A DNA stretch of 64,000 nt from NCBI GenBank assembly GCA_951406725.2, contig OX597822.1, positions 102,486,001 to 102,550,000 on the forward strand, read 5' to 3'. The translations under genes were made by a program, and so were the position numbers. Position 1 is the stretch's first letter; each line of letters opens with the position of its first letter. This stretch comes from Octopus vulgaris. Lineage: Eukaryota. Shown piece after piece: positions 38,591-52,819 of the stretch. The notes beneath the pieces were generated by a model. That model had not been told where the DNA came from, did no database searches, and saw only the letters and a program-made list of their open reading frames with translations.

Positions 38591-40659
38591 GAAAGGTGGC
38601 GAGCTGGCAGAAACCTTAGCACACCAGGCAAAATGCTTTGCAGCATTTCATCTGCTGTTACGTTCTGAGTTCTAATTCTGCCAAGGTCGACTTTGCCTTT
38701 CATCCTTTCGGGATCGATTAAATAAGTACCAGTTACGCACTGGGGTCGATATAATCGACTTAATCCATTTGTCTGTCCTTGTTTGTCCCCTCTGTGTTTA
38801 GCCCCTTGTGGGTAGTAAAGAAATAAGAAAATAGCAGTTGTCAAGAGGCAAAGATCAGATGTCAAAAGCACAAAGAATGACATCTTTGAACAGGGCCTAA
38901 AGCTCAATTAAATGGCTTTGTGAAGCTGCTGGAAGGCCATATGTGGGGCAGCAGTTCAGCTCCTTGTAACTTAGGCAATGTGGAGGCGCGTGGCTTAGTG
39001 GTTAGGGTGTTGAACTCATGATCATAAGATTGTGGTTTCGATTCCTGGACCGGGCGATGCAGTGTGTTCTTGAGCAAAACATTTCATTTCATGTTGCTCC
39101 AGTCCACTCAGCTGGCTAAAATGAGTAATGCTGCAATGGACTGGCGTCCCGTCCAGCAGGGGAACACATACACCATTGAAACTGGGAAACCGGGCCCATG
39201 AGTCTGGCTAGGCTTTAAAAGGGTGTATTTATTTAGTGGAGGCACATGGCCTAGTGGTTAGAGCAGTGGACTCACGGTCGAGGGATCACGGGTTCAAATC
39301 TCAGACTGGGCGATGTGTGTGTTTATGAGTGAAACACCTAAGCTCCACATCACTCTGGCAGAAGGTAATGGCAAACTTCTGCTGACTCTTTCGCCACAAC
39401 TTTCTCTCACTCTTTCCTCTTGCATCTTGCAGCTCACCTGTGATGGGACCGGCGTCCTGTCCAGGTGGGGAACCAATATGCCAAATAAAAACCGGGAAAC
39501 CGGCCCTTATGAGCCAGGCATGGCTCGAGAAGGCACAAATAAACTTAGGCAATATGTCACAAATTTACCACCCAAATACATCAATTGTTGTACTAGGTTG
39601 ATGCTAGTCATTAAGCTTGAAAAGTCAAATTGAATTTGGTGGGATTCAAATGCAGAACATAAAGGGACACAAATAACACTTGACATTTGTCTTATGCCCA
39701 ACTGCTTTTTCACATCATCAGTTTTATAGAAGTAGAATATTTCAGAGCAACAAAGTGTCAACCCTTAGTGTTGGTTCTAATCTTATATTGTAATTTCATT
39801 TACATTTAGTGTGCATTATAGAAATAATAAGCCAACCCCAGTATTTAACTGGTACTTTACTTTATCATGAAGGCATATGGCCCAGTGGTTAGGGTGCTGC
39901 GCTCATGATCATTAAGTCGTTGTTTCGATTCCCAGATCAGGTAGTGCATTGTGTTCTTGAGAAAAACACTTCATCTCATATCATTCTGGTCCACTTAGAT
40001 ACGAGTTCCAGTAACGGCTAGGAAATAAGCCCTGTGATTGATCAGCATCCCATCCAGAAGAGGAGTCTTGTAAAGTTAGACATGGCCTGGACCAATCTTT
40101 GGTCGAAACATATCTAAGTTTATCTAAGTTTATGTCAGGGAAACCAGATTAAATTCCAGCTTTATGAATCCTAGTATTCATGAGATATTTAGTTCCTCAG
40201 ACTTTATTGACCTATGATAGATGAAATCAAACTTGGCCACGGCATGATTTTGATTCAGATCATGAAGAGCTGTAACTAAGTGCTATTAGGCAATTTATCC
40301 AAGTGAATAAGGCTTCAGGACACTGGCTGTAGCAATGATAGTTTGTGTATTCCTCTACAAGTGCCAAATCAACAGAAATTAATTATTCCAGATCTCTAGT
40401 GCCCTCTCTCCTATTCTCAGACTGTTGCTGCTCTCTTCTGCCAAACTGAGATGAAGATGTCATATTTAAGGAAAGAAATTGGAGTGGGTGTGGTTGAAGA
40501 AGCAAATATTAGGGGCTTTTATTATACAAACCCATAGGACATAAATGAGAAGTGTACGAAGAGTACAGCTGCCGACTGAGTCTATTGTAAAAATTGACCC
40601 ACCTGATTTCCTTTTGAAAGAAGCTAAGAATTGTTTTCTCATTGTAGTAGCAATTGTGA

Positions 40660-41105
40660 GAGAGATAATTTGGAAAACGGGGCTGAAAAGGTTTAAAGTC
40701 AGGCAATTTCATCTCTGGCCCTGAATTGGTGAATTACTTCACCTTTCACCATAAAAGGAAAATAGGGGCTAGAGAGAAAAGGCCTGACTGTGAAAATGTT
40801 TGAAAATCGATGGAAGAATGTAGTACGGATGATGCATGTGGATGGAACCTCATGAATACAACACAGGATGTAACTCAGGTATCCGTGGCGAGGCGGGGCT
40901 CGTGGGGGTCCGAATTGAACTCCCCCCCACCCACCCACCCACGACATCCGTAATGTCTTCCGGTCTGTCTTATCATTCGATTTTATTATATTTTCTTATT
41001 TTTGTAAAATGTTTAATGTCATCTTTTTGTATAATCATTCGCTCATCTGACCCCAAAATCAGATTGTATTGTCCCCTCTTTGTTGGCCCCTTGTGGGTAA
41101 TAAAC
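40660..41105 (+). mobile_element. L1/Tx1-like LINE 3' end
   Basis: FISGPELVNYFTFHHKRKIGLERKGLTVKMFENRW, then a UTR ending gtcccctctttgttggccccttgtgggtaataaa. Confidence 0.55.
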
Positions 41106-41182
41106 GATCAAAGTTATTCAAAAGAAAATGCAGAATTTGTTTAATTAATTACCAACTTAAAAATACATCTTTGGTTGTTTGT

Positions 41183-41260
<78 letters not shown>

Positions 41261-41449
41261 TAACTCAGTCTGCCAGCTATAACAACCAATTATTCCTGGA
41301 ATCTCTTGCTATTATCTTGAAAAAAGGAAAGACCTATCAAAGGATAATCCTGCAGACATGAAAATATGGGACAGTCCCAACTCCAAGTGTCATTCCAGTT
41401 ACTCAGTCAGAGGTGACCAGGTGCTAATCACTAAGAATAAATATCCATC

Positions 41450-41826
<377 letters not shown>

Positions 41827-42062
41827 TATTGATTATTTTGTTCCGCCAAGTATGTAAATCCCATTTTAATAGATGGGATATACACACAGGAAATGGGAAC
41901 GGCAACTTTTTTCTTTTTTCCCAAAGATCATAGACTCTACAAGTGAATTAAGATGGCTTCAAATAGATACTGAAGCTGCATTGAGGCTCGGCTTTCTGAA
42001 AATTTATCGTTTCTTCCATGATGTTTGCCTTTCAGTTTTGATTTAATAAGACAGGATGTTCT

Positions 42063-42503
42063 GTTAGTTAGTTAGTTAGTTAATTTTTGGCTCCAAAAAG
42101 CAAAAAGCAAGGCCATGTAGGGGGACATGGAGTTAAGTACAGGGTGGTGTTCATGTAAAGAGTTCAGGCCACTTGAGGTCAAGGGAGACTTTGAACAAAG
42201 CGGTCGTCGGCATCTTCACCATCTCGTCCGGCAGCTTGTTCCACGGATCCGCAACCCGGACGGAGAAAGCTCCTCTCCTTCGATTGAGATGAAATCGTCG
42301 CAGGTAGAGCTTTTCGGAATGACCCCGCAGCCGACACTCTGGAGCAGGAGTGAAGAACAGCTCTTTCGAGAGGTTACACTTTCCGCTTATGATGTTGTGA
42401 GTGAGAATGAGATCACCACGGCGGCGGCGTTTTTCTAGAGAATAAAGGTCGAGCGTCCTCAGCCTTTCTTCATAAGACAACTTTTTGAGACCATGAACCA
42501 TCC
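42063..42503 (-). mobile_element. CR1-clade LINE 3' end with (AACT)n tail
   Basis: LSYEERLRTLDLYSLEKRRRRGDLI...LRGH..KL...FSVRVADPWNKLP; a second tail fragment lies at 56219-56320. Confidence 0.92.
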
Positions 42504-43008
42504 TTGATCTAAAAATATTGACATGTTGTGACTTATTTAGTCACAGAGCAAATATATATTTCATTGAATTTCATCTCAGCTCTGCATGTGTGGTTGGTGT
42601 TATATTTTAACAATCTCAAAAATAATATAAAGGGGAAAGTGGGTCTTTGAACAAAAAATAATGAGGCATTGAATAAACATATTTAATTCAGAGATGCCAT
42701 CTACATAAAAAAATATATATAATAATAATCAAATTAGTATTAGCATATTTAGTGTAATTAGTTAACTGGAAATAGTCATCACCATCATCATCATCATCAT
42801 CATCATCATCATTTGACATCCATTTTCCATGCTGGCATGAGTTGGAGGGGGGGGGTCAGCCTTTTCATTATCATATCTCTATTGAAAGAGGTTGTCTTTC
42901 TTTCAATTAATTTTGAAAATATTGAAGAATTTAGTTAAAATAAGTTTTTCATTGCTAAGCTGATGTTTAGAACAAAAATTAACATGAAATTTTGGTGGAA
43001 GGTTTTAA

Positions 43009-43229
43009 CCCTTTAGTGTTCGCATTATTCTGCCAAAATTAATGCTTCTTCATCCACATTGTTTTGAACTAATCATGCATTATCTTGTAGCTATGAGATT
43101 TTGATGAGGTAGCTGTTAATTTTTAAAACGATATTGTAGGGTTGGTGTGAGAGACCAGATAGGGTTAGTTTGAACATAAAACAGGTAGAATATTTTTGGC
43201 CGGATATGGCCGGTTTAAATGCTAAAGGG
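43009..43229. mobile_element. piggyBac-like MITE
   Basis: TTAA|CCCTTTAG...CTAAAGGG|TTAA; relatives at ~43670-44630, ~62848-63030 and ~63278-63500. Confidence 0.8.
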
Positions 43230-43729
43230 TTAATTTAGCTCATTTTAAATTATAAAGTTTGTATCATTAAACTTGTGGCAGTCTCAGTAAGGTTGGTATT
43301 AAGAGGATTAAGAAGATTCTTAATCCTCTTTCTGTGTCAAGTTTCACTGTCAGCTTTGGCACAGCCTCCACAGCCGAATAGATAACCTTCTTAATACCAA
43401 CCACTTTACAGAGTGTACTAGGTGCTTTTTAAATGGCACCTGCATTAGTGAGGTCACCAAGTAACTAGCAAGACATGAAAAAAACAGAAAGAAAGAATTA
43501 AGTGATGAGAAAAAAATAAAAGCAATATTAGGGAACTAAAGTGTCACCGTCATATGAGAGGTAACTTTGGAGGTTAAACTTTTGCCTCCATTGGTAATAT
43601 CAGGAAATATGGCACACATGAAAGAATTTTTATTTAACTTTTTCATAAGAAAAATATCTATTACTTTGACCCTTTAACATTCAAATCAGCCACATCTGGC
43701 CTAAATATTTTACCAGTTTTATGTGCGTG

Positions 43730-44465
43730 AGAAGACCCGGCAAGACTAGTGAGACCATAACCCATGACCTCTACCTGGTATGTAGCCAGTCGACTTATAC
43801 ATACCTTTCCTTCTTGGGACACAAAACTCCACTTGTGAAGACCCGTTGAGGCAAGTGAAAATCAAAATCAAAATCAAACCAAATCAAATCAGATATCAGA
43901 AAGCAGAACCAAAATCGAAGTCGATCAACATCAATGGAAATTGCAGCTATGATACCAGTGCCGGTGACAAGTAAGCAAACCATCCGATCTTGGCCGTTGC
44001 CAGCACCGCCCCGACTGGCCTCTGTGCCGGTGACACGTAAAAAGCACCATCCGTTCATGGCCGTTGCCAGCCTCGCCTGGCCCCTGTGCCGGTGGCACGT
44101 AGCACCATCCGTTCATGGCCGTTGCCAGCCTCGCCTGACCCCTGTGCCGGTGGCACGTAAAAGCACCATCCGTTCGTGGCCGTTGCCAGCCTCGCCTGGC
44201 CCCCGTGCCGGTGGCACGTAAAAAGCACCATCCGTCCGTGGCCGTTTCCCAGCTCCGTCTGGCACCTGTGCGGGTGGCACGTAAAAAGCACCCACTACAC
44301 TCACGGAGTGGTTGGCGTTAGATAGGGCATACAGCCGTAGAAACACTGCCAGATCAGACTGGGCTTGATGCAGCCTTCTGGCTTCACAGACCCCAGTTGA
44401 ACTGTCCAACCCATGCTAGCATGGAAAGCGGACGCTAAATGATGATGATGATGATGATGATGATG
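43730..44465 (+). mobile_element. Family E (RTE 3' UTR) with internal ~60-bp minisatellite, nested in a piggyBac-like MITE
   Basis: About 5 copies of gtgccggtggcacgtaaaagcaccatccgttc.tggccgttgccagc; (GAT)n tail. Confidence 0.85.
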
Positions 44466-44709
44466 TTAAAATTGGCCAGGTCTGGCCTCTCACACCTATT
44501 CTACAATGTCATTCTAAAATAAGCAATTACACCATGAAAATCTCTTCGCTACAAGATAATGCATGCTTAATTTAAAATAACGTGAATCAATAAGCATTAC
44601 ATTTGACAGAATAATATGAATGCTAAAAGGTTAAAATAAAATTAAAACAAATTTTTTGTTACATTATTTACAATGGACAGATGGGTGTCCTCACCTTGTT
44701 TGTTGTTAC

Positions 44710-44752
44710 CACAATGTTTCAGCTGATGTACTCTCCAGCCTTCATCAGGTGT
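44710..44752 (-). ncRNA. Degenerate minimal hammerhead in a Penelope pseudo-LTR
   Basis: cac-CTGATGA-A-ggctg...cagct-GAAAC-ATT-gtg; mirror copy at 46074-46116 (+). Confidence 0.55.
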
Positions 44753-45391
44753 TTTGGTGGAATTTCAAACCCAACCCTTTATTTGACTAATGGAGTACTC
44801 TGTTCCCATTCCTAAGGTATTCTTTGCTGATGTTATTTTTTTTTTGTTGATATTATTTTTCAAGTCCCTTCCTGGGAAGGGACTCAGAATCCAAGGGTTA
44901 GTAGCCCACATTCTTATCCACTACACTATATGCCCGTAGGCAATTACTGAGTGAATTTTGGGGCTTATAAACTTAGTATTTTATTTTTTCTTAATACCAG
45001 TTCCCATATTACATTCATATCTGCACTTGCTCTGCTTAGTAGGTTACTGTAGCCTAGCATATGTCCTGCTTCTTTTAGTTTTCGTATTTTCCAGTGGTGT
45101 TCTCTGTTTATTATTTTAACTTCATCCGTTTTTCCATACGCAATCGGCTATACCCGATTTTTCAATATTCCGTCATGTCACAGCTATCCCCTCATGTCAC
45201 AATATCTCCTTGTGTCACAGTAGAGGAACATCGTAAAGCTGTTACATGACGGAATATTGAAAAATCGGATATAGCCAATCTTGTATGGAAAAATGGAGAT
45301 CACCTTCCTCTGTGGGATGAAGTTAAAGTAATAGACAGAGAACATCACTGGAAAATACAAAAATTAAAAGAGGCTGCACATATGCTAGGAT

Positions 45392-45772
45392 AGAGTGGAA
45401 GCACTCCGTTGGTTACGATGACGAGGGTTCTGGTTGATCCGAATCAACGGAACAGCCTGCTCATGAAATTAATGTGTAAGTGGCTGAGCACTCCACAGAC
45501 ACGTGTACCCTTAACGTAGTTCTTGGGGATATTCAGAGTGACACAGAGAGTGACAAGGCCGGCCCTTTCAAATACAGGTACAACAGAAACAGGAAGTAAG
45601 AGTAAGTTGTGGTGAAAGAGTACAGCAGGGATCACCACCATCCCCTGTCGGAGCCTTGTGGAGCTTTAGGTGTTTTCGCTCAATAAACACTCACAACGCC
45701 CGGTCTGGGAATCGAAACCGTGATCCTATGACCGCAAGTCTGCTGCCCTAACCACTGGGCCATTGCGCCTCC
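45392..45772 (-). mobile_element. Family D SINE inserted in the Penelope arm
   Basis: TSD TAGGATA; the empty site is visible in the other arm at ~45040-45062. Confidence 0.88.
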
Positions 45773-47479
45773 TAGGATACAGTAACCTCCTAGGCAGACC
45801 TAGTGCAGGTATGAATGTAATATGGGGACTGGTATTAAGAAAAGATAAAACATTAGGTTTATAAGCCCTAAAGTTCACTCTATAATTGCCTACAGACATA
45901 TAGCGTAGTGGATAAGAGCATGGGCTACTAACCCTTGGATTCTGAGTTCAGACAGGGACTTGGGAAATAATATCAACAGAAACAAAATAACATCAACAAA
46001 AAAGAATACTTTAGGAATGAGAACAGTGTACCCCATTAGTCAAATAAAGGGTTGGGTTTGAAATTCCACCAGAACACCTGAGGAAGGCTGGAGAGTACAT
46101 CAGCTGAAACAGTGTGGTAACAACAAGGTGAGGACACCAATCTATCCATTGTAAATAATGTACATAATTCCTCATCTCAAAAATAGATTTGTATTAAATT
46201 TTTCGTTTGTATTCCTCATTGCAAAACTACTCTGTTATTAATGGCATTTCCTACTCCACCTCGTCTCTGTGGTTCTTCTTTCTCTCTCACTGTGTTCCAG
46301 TTGAAAGAAAGACTGTGTATTCCAGTAGAAATATGGTGATAAAAGGATTAGTGTTCAGATTAAATACTTTTTCTTATTTCTTTATTGCCCACAAGAGGCT
46401 AAACACAGACAGGACAAACAAGGACAGACAAACAGATTAAGTCGATTATATCGACCCCAGTGCATAACTGGTACTTATTTAATCAACCCTGAAAGGATGA
46501 AAGGCAAAGTCGACCTCAGTGGAATTTGAACTCAGAATGCAATGGCAAACAAAGTACCCCTAAGCGCCCCCCCCCCCACCACGTGCTAACGTTTCTGCCA
46601 GCTTGCCGCCTTAAATATTTTTCACTTAAATGCTTAAATACTTCAGATTAAATACTTTTTCTGTTAATCTTTTAGTCAGGAAAGAAAAATGTGCTTCCAT
46701 GACACTTTACAAGGCCGCTGGGGCTGGTGGAAGCATTCAGACCAGATATCCTCCAACCAGAAACGTGGCCTAAATACTTGCAATTGATTGAAACTCTGTA
46801 AAAGACATTCAAGATGATGGTTTAAGTGTACCAGTCAAGTAGGCCATGGTGGGATTTGAACTCAGAAGGTGCCCAGTAAAACATTCTTACAGTTCTGTCA
46901 ATCCATAATTTTTTAGCCTAAGAATCTTCTCCAGCAGAGCCAGAAATTCCTTCAGTTCTGGACAATTGCTGGTTCTTTACAAGGTATATATGTGCTCCTC
47001 TGTATTTAAGAACAGATTTGGGACAGTCATCATCGTTGTTGTCATCGTTGCCATCATCATCGTCATCGTCATTTAACGTCTATTGTCCATGCTGGCATGG
47101 GTTGGACAGTTTGACCAGAGCTCTCAAGCTAAGGGTCTGCACCAGATACCACTCTGATTTGGCATGGTTTCTACAGTTAGATGCCCTTCCTAAAGCCAAT
47201 CACTTTTCAAAGTATGCTGGATACTTCTACATGGTACCACATGGACACTTTTATGTGACACAGCTCAGGTGCTTTTATTGGTACTGCATGGATGCTTTTA
47301 TGTGGCACCACACAGGTGCTTTTACATGGCACCATATTGGTACTTTTACATGGCACCTCCCTGGGTGCTTTACATCACCAACAGGATTGGTCTTAGCACT
47401 TTGCTACAGTATACGGGTCTTCTAGAGTATGACCAGGCACCAGGTATCTCAGTTGCTTGTATTCTTGCCTGAAGGGTTC

Positions 47480-47762
47480 AGTTTTCTGAGGTTGTTCTTC
47501 AGTAGTTCATCCCAAGTCTTCCTGGGTTTCCCACTTCCACATGTTCCATCCACTTTGAGAGATCAGCACTTCTCTATGGAGCTGTTGGCATCCATCCCCA
47601 TCACATGACCAAACCAGTTCAGTCTTTATGCCTAACTTCTCTCTCAAAACCCTAGAATTCTGTCGAGCATGTGCACTTACATTACACATCCAGCAGAACA
47701 TACTAGTCTCATTCCTTTCTAAGCTTCACATGTCTTCTGCATTCAGGGCCCACATCTCACTC
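47480..47762 (-). mobile_element. RTE LINE fragment
   Basis: MFCWMCNVS...VLREKLGI; related to 2070-2940 and 52960-53310. Confidence 0.75.
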
Positions 47763-49083
47763 CCAGGTAGAATTGTTAAGAATCCCAAACTAAAAGCAGG
47801 GAAAGAAACAACAATCCAACTAAATGGAAAAATTTGACATTCTGTATAATTCAAGGTCTCCCATGCTGGGGTTAATTTACTCCCAGGGAATAAATTTCAC
47901 CTACCCAGGGAATAAATTTGCTAATTCTGGATTTGTTTTTTTTTTTTTTTCAATTATAATTTTTTTTAAATTTGAAGTTGACATGAAAATTTGAAGTAGG
48001 AATATTTTGTTATTTTTAATGTTTGTCTCTATTAGCCTAGAAATGTTAGAGATGAAAGCAATATGGCAATAGTAGGCTGGGTCAGGCAGGTTATAAGGTG
48101 GCGAGCTGGCAGAAACGTTAGCGTGCCGGGCGAAATGCTTAGCTGTATTTCGTCTTCCGTTACATTCTGAGTTCAAATTCCACCGAGGTCAACTTTGCCT
48201 TTCATCCTTTCGGGGTCGATAAATTAAGTACCAGTTACGCACTGAGGTCGATGTAATCGACTTAATCTCCTTGTTTGTCCTTGTTTGTTCCCTCTTTGTT
48301 TAGCCCCTTGTGGGCAATAAAGAAATAAGACAAGTTGTCTTACCTTCGAATAGAACATACTGTGCTTCCAAACATCATATTACATCCCCATAAAGGTTCT
48401 ATTTTGGTAAATAGTAAATTCGGTGTTGTAAATGTTCATACCTTTACTAAGTTTTTCTATTTTTTTTTTTAATTGAACTGAAAGTAATTTAGTCAGTAAT
48501 TAAAGGCACGTTATTAGATAATTGGAATTCCTTGGAAACAATTTCAGGAGAAAATACACAGAGGGATTGTTTTGCGGATACCTTCTCCAAGTCACTGGGA
48601 GGATCAATGTTTTAACGCTTTGACACTGCAAACAAATGAAAACATTTATAAATCAAACAACATTCCTGCCATCAACAACAATGATTTGTGCAATCACTAT
48701 GGTAGTTATGTACAGCTACAGTAATGAGACCTATTTACGACAAGCTTTTTTACAAGAAGGCACATGAACAAATCATTCCTTATTTTCAAAGGTTAATAAA
48801 TTCTAACAAGAAGGCTAGCATGCTATGACCATGCTTTTGCATAATTACATATAAGCCTACAGAAATAGGGTTTCTATACTTAGATAGTAATCATAATCAA
48901 TGATGCGCGGGAAGTCATGACATTGACCTAAAGACGAAGATACTGAAAAAATGGTTGTAAATTCCATGACGTTGTTCTGGGTTCTGTACCTGGCCAGCAG
49001 AGTCAGATCGTCACGTGATAACTTAACCACTATCTCTGAATTAATTAACTTTATCAATTCAGCACACACACGCACACTATCAA

Positions 49084-49620
49084 ACATACATACATTCATA
49101 CACATACATGCATACATTCATACATACATACATACATCCATACATACATACACATTCATACATCCATCCATACATACATTCATACATACATACATCCATA
49201 CATACATACATACATTCATACACATACATGCATACATACATACATAGATACATACATACATGCATACATACATACACATTCATACATACATACATACACA
49301 TTCATACATACATGCATACATACATACACACACACACATACATACACACACATACATACATACATACATACACACACACACATACATACATACATACATA
49401 CATACATACATACACACACACACATACATACATATATACACATACATACATACATACATACATACATACATGCATACATACACACACACATACATACATT
49501 CATACATACATTCATACACATACATACATACATACACACATACATACATACATTCATACATACATACATACATACATACATACATACATACATACATACA
49601 TACATACATACATACATAAA
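49084..49620. repeat. (TACA)n microsatellite
   Basis: Direct inspection. Confidence 0.92.
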
Positions 49621-49736
49621 TGCACACACTAACAAACATATACACACACATAATATGTACATACACACACATACATATGATTGCTGAAATGTAAAATTGT
49701 AAAGCATTTTAAAAAATACTTTTGTTTATGGGAAGG

Positions 49737-49802
<66 letters not shown>

Positions 49803-52800
49803 GTGTGTGTGTGTGCGTGCGTTTCTGAAAATGGGTTTCCAACTTTTAGTTCAAGGTTAACATGGAAAATTACAGAAAAAAAAAGAAGGTATATATATAT
49901 ATTTTTTGAATTAAAAGATAAAATTAGATTCTAGATAAAAGTATATCTAATGAATAAATCTTACAGATAAATGAGTTAATTCACTTATATACAACTGTTT
50001 TGAATATGCATGAATTAAAAAGAATGGAAGAAGGGAGTATTTTTCCATTTTTGCAATAACGAAAATAGGGGACACTATCTCGAAACCGCTGCTGCTGCTG
50101 TTTGTTTTAAAAGTATATAAACATCGTTTAACTCCCACTTCTGTAACTGATCACAAACAACAATATTGTAAGCTTCTATTGTCACTGACGCATGACCTTG
50201 ATTTAATATTCTGGTTCAACTTGATATTCTGGAAAATACAAAAACCACACATATTTATATACCTCTCCCCCATCCACCACTTTAAACTTTATTTGTTTGG
50301 CAAGTTATTTTTGCCTAAGTGGGGAAGTTTGTTGCTTTTTTTTCTCCCCTCCTATTTGATTTTCTTGTGATTTATTCTGACAAATTATATCTCGGGGTAA
50401 ATCGTAATATCATGAAAAGTTCTTCTCTATATATTTTTTCTCCTCCAATCAAATTCATGTGATCAAATATATTTCATTTATAACCGAACACCAAGAGAGA
50501 AAATAAAACAGTCAGCTGAAAGTTATTTTAGATATTTCAACACGCCTTTTTTTTTTGTGACTACATTACAAATTTATAACATCGTCTCAAGGTCGCCAAG
50601 AGAACTTGGTAAAAACTTACCGAGCATTTAACCTGCTTTTAAACTAAAACATAATTTGATTATAAAAATCTAGAACAATCTATACAAAAATTACACCAAA
50701 CGTCTCAGAGTATCAGTAACGGTAAGTAGAACCTTGCTAATTGCTTATTTTAATTGCTGTAGTTTAAATTCAATTAAAAATATCTGTTGTCTTTTAAATG
50801 AATGTCAGTATCATTTGATACTTATGCCCAAACAGTCTGTCGTGCAGAGGTTAGAGATTTGATTGAAATAATTGTACAGCTTTGAATTAAGTCAAAATAG
50901 TGCCGTCACCAAAAACACCCAAAGAGGCAAAGATTCGTTCTATATTCAGCTGAGTCTTTCTATAGCAAAGACACTCAACTACAACTTGCCCAGTTCCACC
51001 GGCTTTAAATAAAGCAAAGAACAAATTTCTTATGTTATATAAGTTTCAATGAGAAATAATTAATAGAATATGGTTATGTTCATGCTTTAACCATAAGTAT
51101 TTGTATTGTCGTTGCAAATGAGAATATAAATTGCGTCAACGACAGGCCTCAAATGAATGTCCCCAATTTTGTACTTAATATTGGTGTTTATTTCTTAATT
51201 GTTTATTGCTCACAAGGGGCTAAACACAGAGGGGACAAACAAGGACAGACAAAGGGATTAAGTTGATTACATCGACTCCAGTGCGTAACTGGTACTTTAT
51301 TTATCGACCCTGAAAGGATGAAAGGCAAAGTCGACCTCAGCGGAATTTGAACTCAGAACGTAAATAAGGCTAAGCATTTCGTCCGGCATGCTAACGTTTC
51401 TGCCAGCTCGCCGCCTTAATATTAGTTTTTAGTTCTATCTTCTAAATGTATATCTTCTAGAACATTGTCGTTTTATAAGATTTTGCTGGCAAATTCTTAA
51501 ACTAACATAAACATTTATTTACATAAAAGAAAACTGTGGGGAAGGAAGGAAGAAAGAAAAAAATCAACGATGCAAGACCAAGTGCTTCAACTGGCCACAC
51601 ACCACAAGGCTCAGCAGAACCTGCCAAAGTCGATCAGCACGCTCGCAGCATTACCGCTGTTGGTCTCTTGCCAAAATTTGAAACCAATATTTATAACTAG
51701 TTATAAGGCGACAAACTGGCAGAGTCGTTAACACGTCGGAAAAATTACTTAGCAACATTTCACCCAGCTCTTTACATTCTGAGTTCAAATTCCGCCTAAG
51801 GTTACCTTTGCATTTCCTCCTTCTGCGATCAACAAAATATGCACCAGTTGAGTACTAGATTCAATTTAATCAACTAGCCACCACTACCACCCCCACAGAA
51901 AAATTTCAGGACTTGTGCCTATGGTAGAATATTATTACTGCCTATGAAGGCACCAACCAGGCAGAATCGTTGGAGTGTCAGAAAAACTGTTTTTCGGTAT
52001 TTGTTTCACCTCTTTACACTCTCAGTTTAAGACCCAGAGGTCAACTTTGTCTTGTTTTTACTGGGTCAATAAAATAAAAGGGCAATCCATAAAATATTTT
52101 TTATTTCTTTATTTTTTGTTCAATTGAATCGCTTATGTTTGTATGTAGTTTTTCTGTATGTGTATACATATACATATACACGCATAAACACCTACATAGA
52201 AACACAAAAAATACACATACATAAACGATTCAACTGTAAAAAAATGACAGAAAAAAAATAATAATTTCACGGAAATAGCCGAACTTTCACTTCTCTTATA
52301 CTTTCTCTGGGAGGCGCGTAGCTTAGTGGTTAGGGTGTCAGCATCATGGTCGTAAGATTGTGGTTTCGATTCCTGGACCGGGTGACGCGTTGTGTTCTTG
52401 ATTAAAACACTTCATTTCACGTTGGTCCAGTCCACTCAGCTGGCAAAAATGAGTAACGCTGCGATGGGCTGGCGTCCCGTCCAGCTGGAGAACACATATG
52501 CCATAGAAACCGGGAAACTGGGCCCATGAGCCTGGCTAAGCTTTAAAAGGGTGCATTTATTTTATACTTTCTCTGAAAGCTAGCCAAATAAAGCACCAAT
52601 CAAGGGGCTATCTTTCGATAAAAGAAGAGATATAATGAAAATGTTTGTTCAGCAATTTCCGTAAAAGATTTTTATTTCTTCAATTTTTTTCGGTTGAATC
52701 GCTCGAGTTTTTTTTAATGCATATTTTGTGTATGTATTATGTATTTGTGTGTATGTATGCATATTTGTGTATGTACTGTATATGTATGTGTATCTGTGTA

Positions 52801-52819
52801 TACACATACATACACACTC

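Larger units (their letters stand above)
44659..46162. mobile_element. Penelope-like element 3' end as an inverted pair (44659-45185 minus; 45215-46162 plus, with SINE insertion)
   Basis: Plus arm encodes VEEHRKAV...SDIANLVWKNGDHLPLWDEVKVIDREHHWKIQKLKEAAHMLG (GIY-YIG C-terminus); each arm ends with a hammerhead-like motif. Confidence 0.85.

Noticed and set aside
40076-40118. Hammerhead-like geometry (ttaga...gacca/tggtc-GAAAC...tctaa)
   Set aside because: The CUGANGA core is absent.
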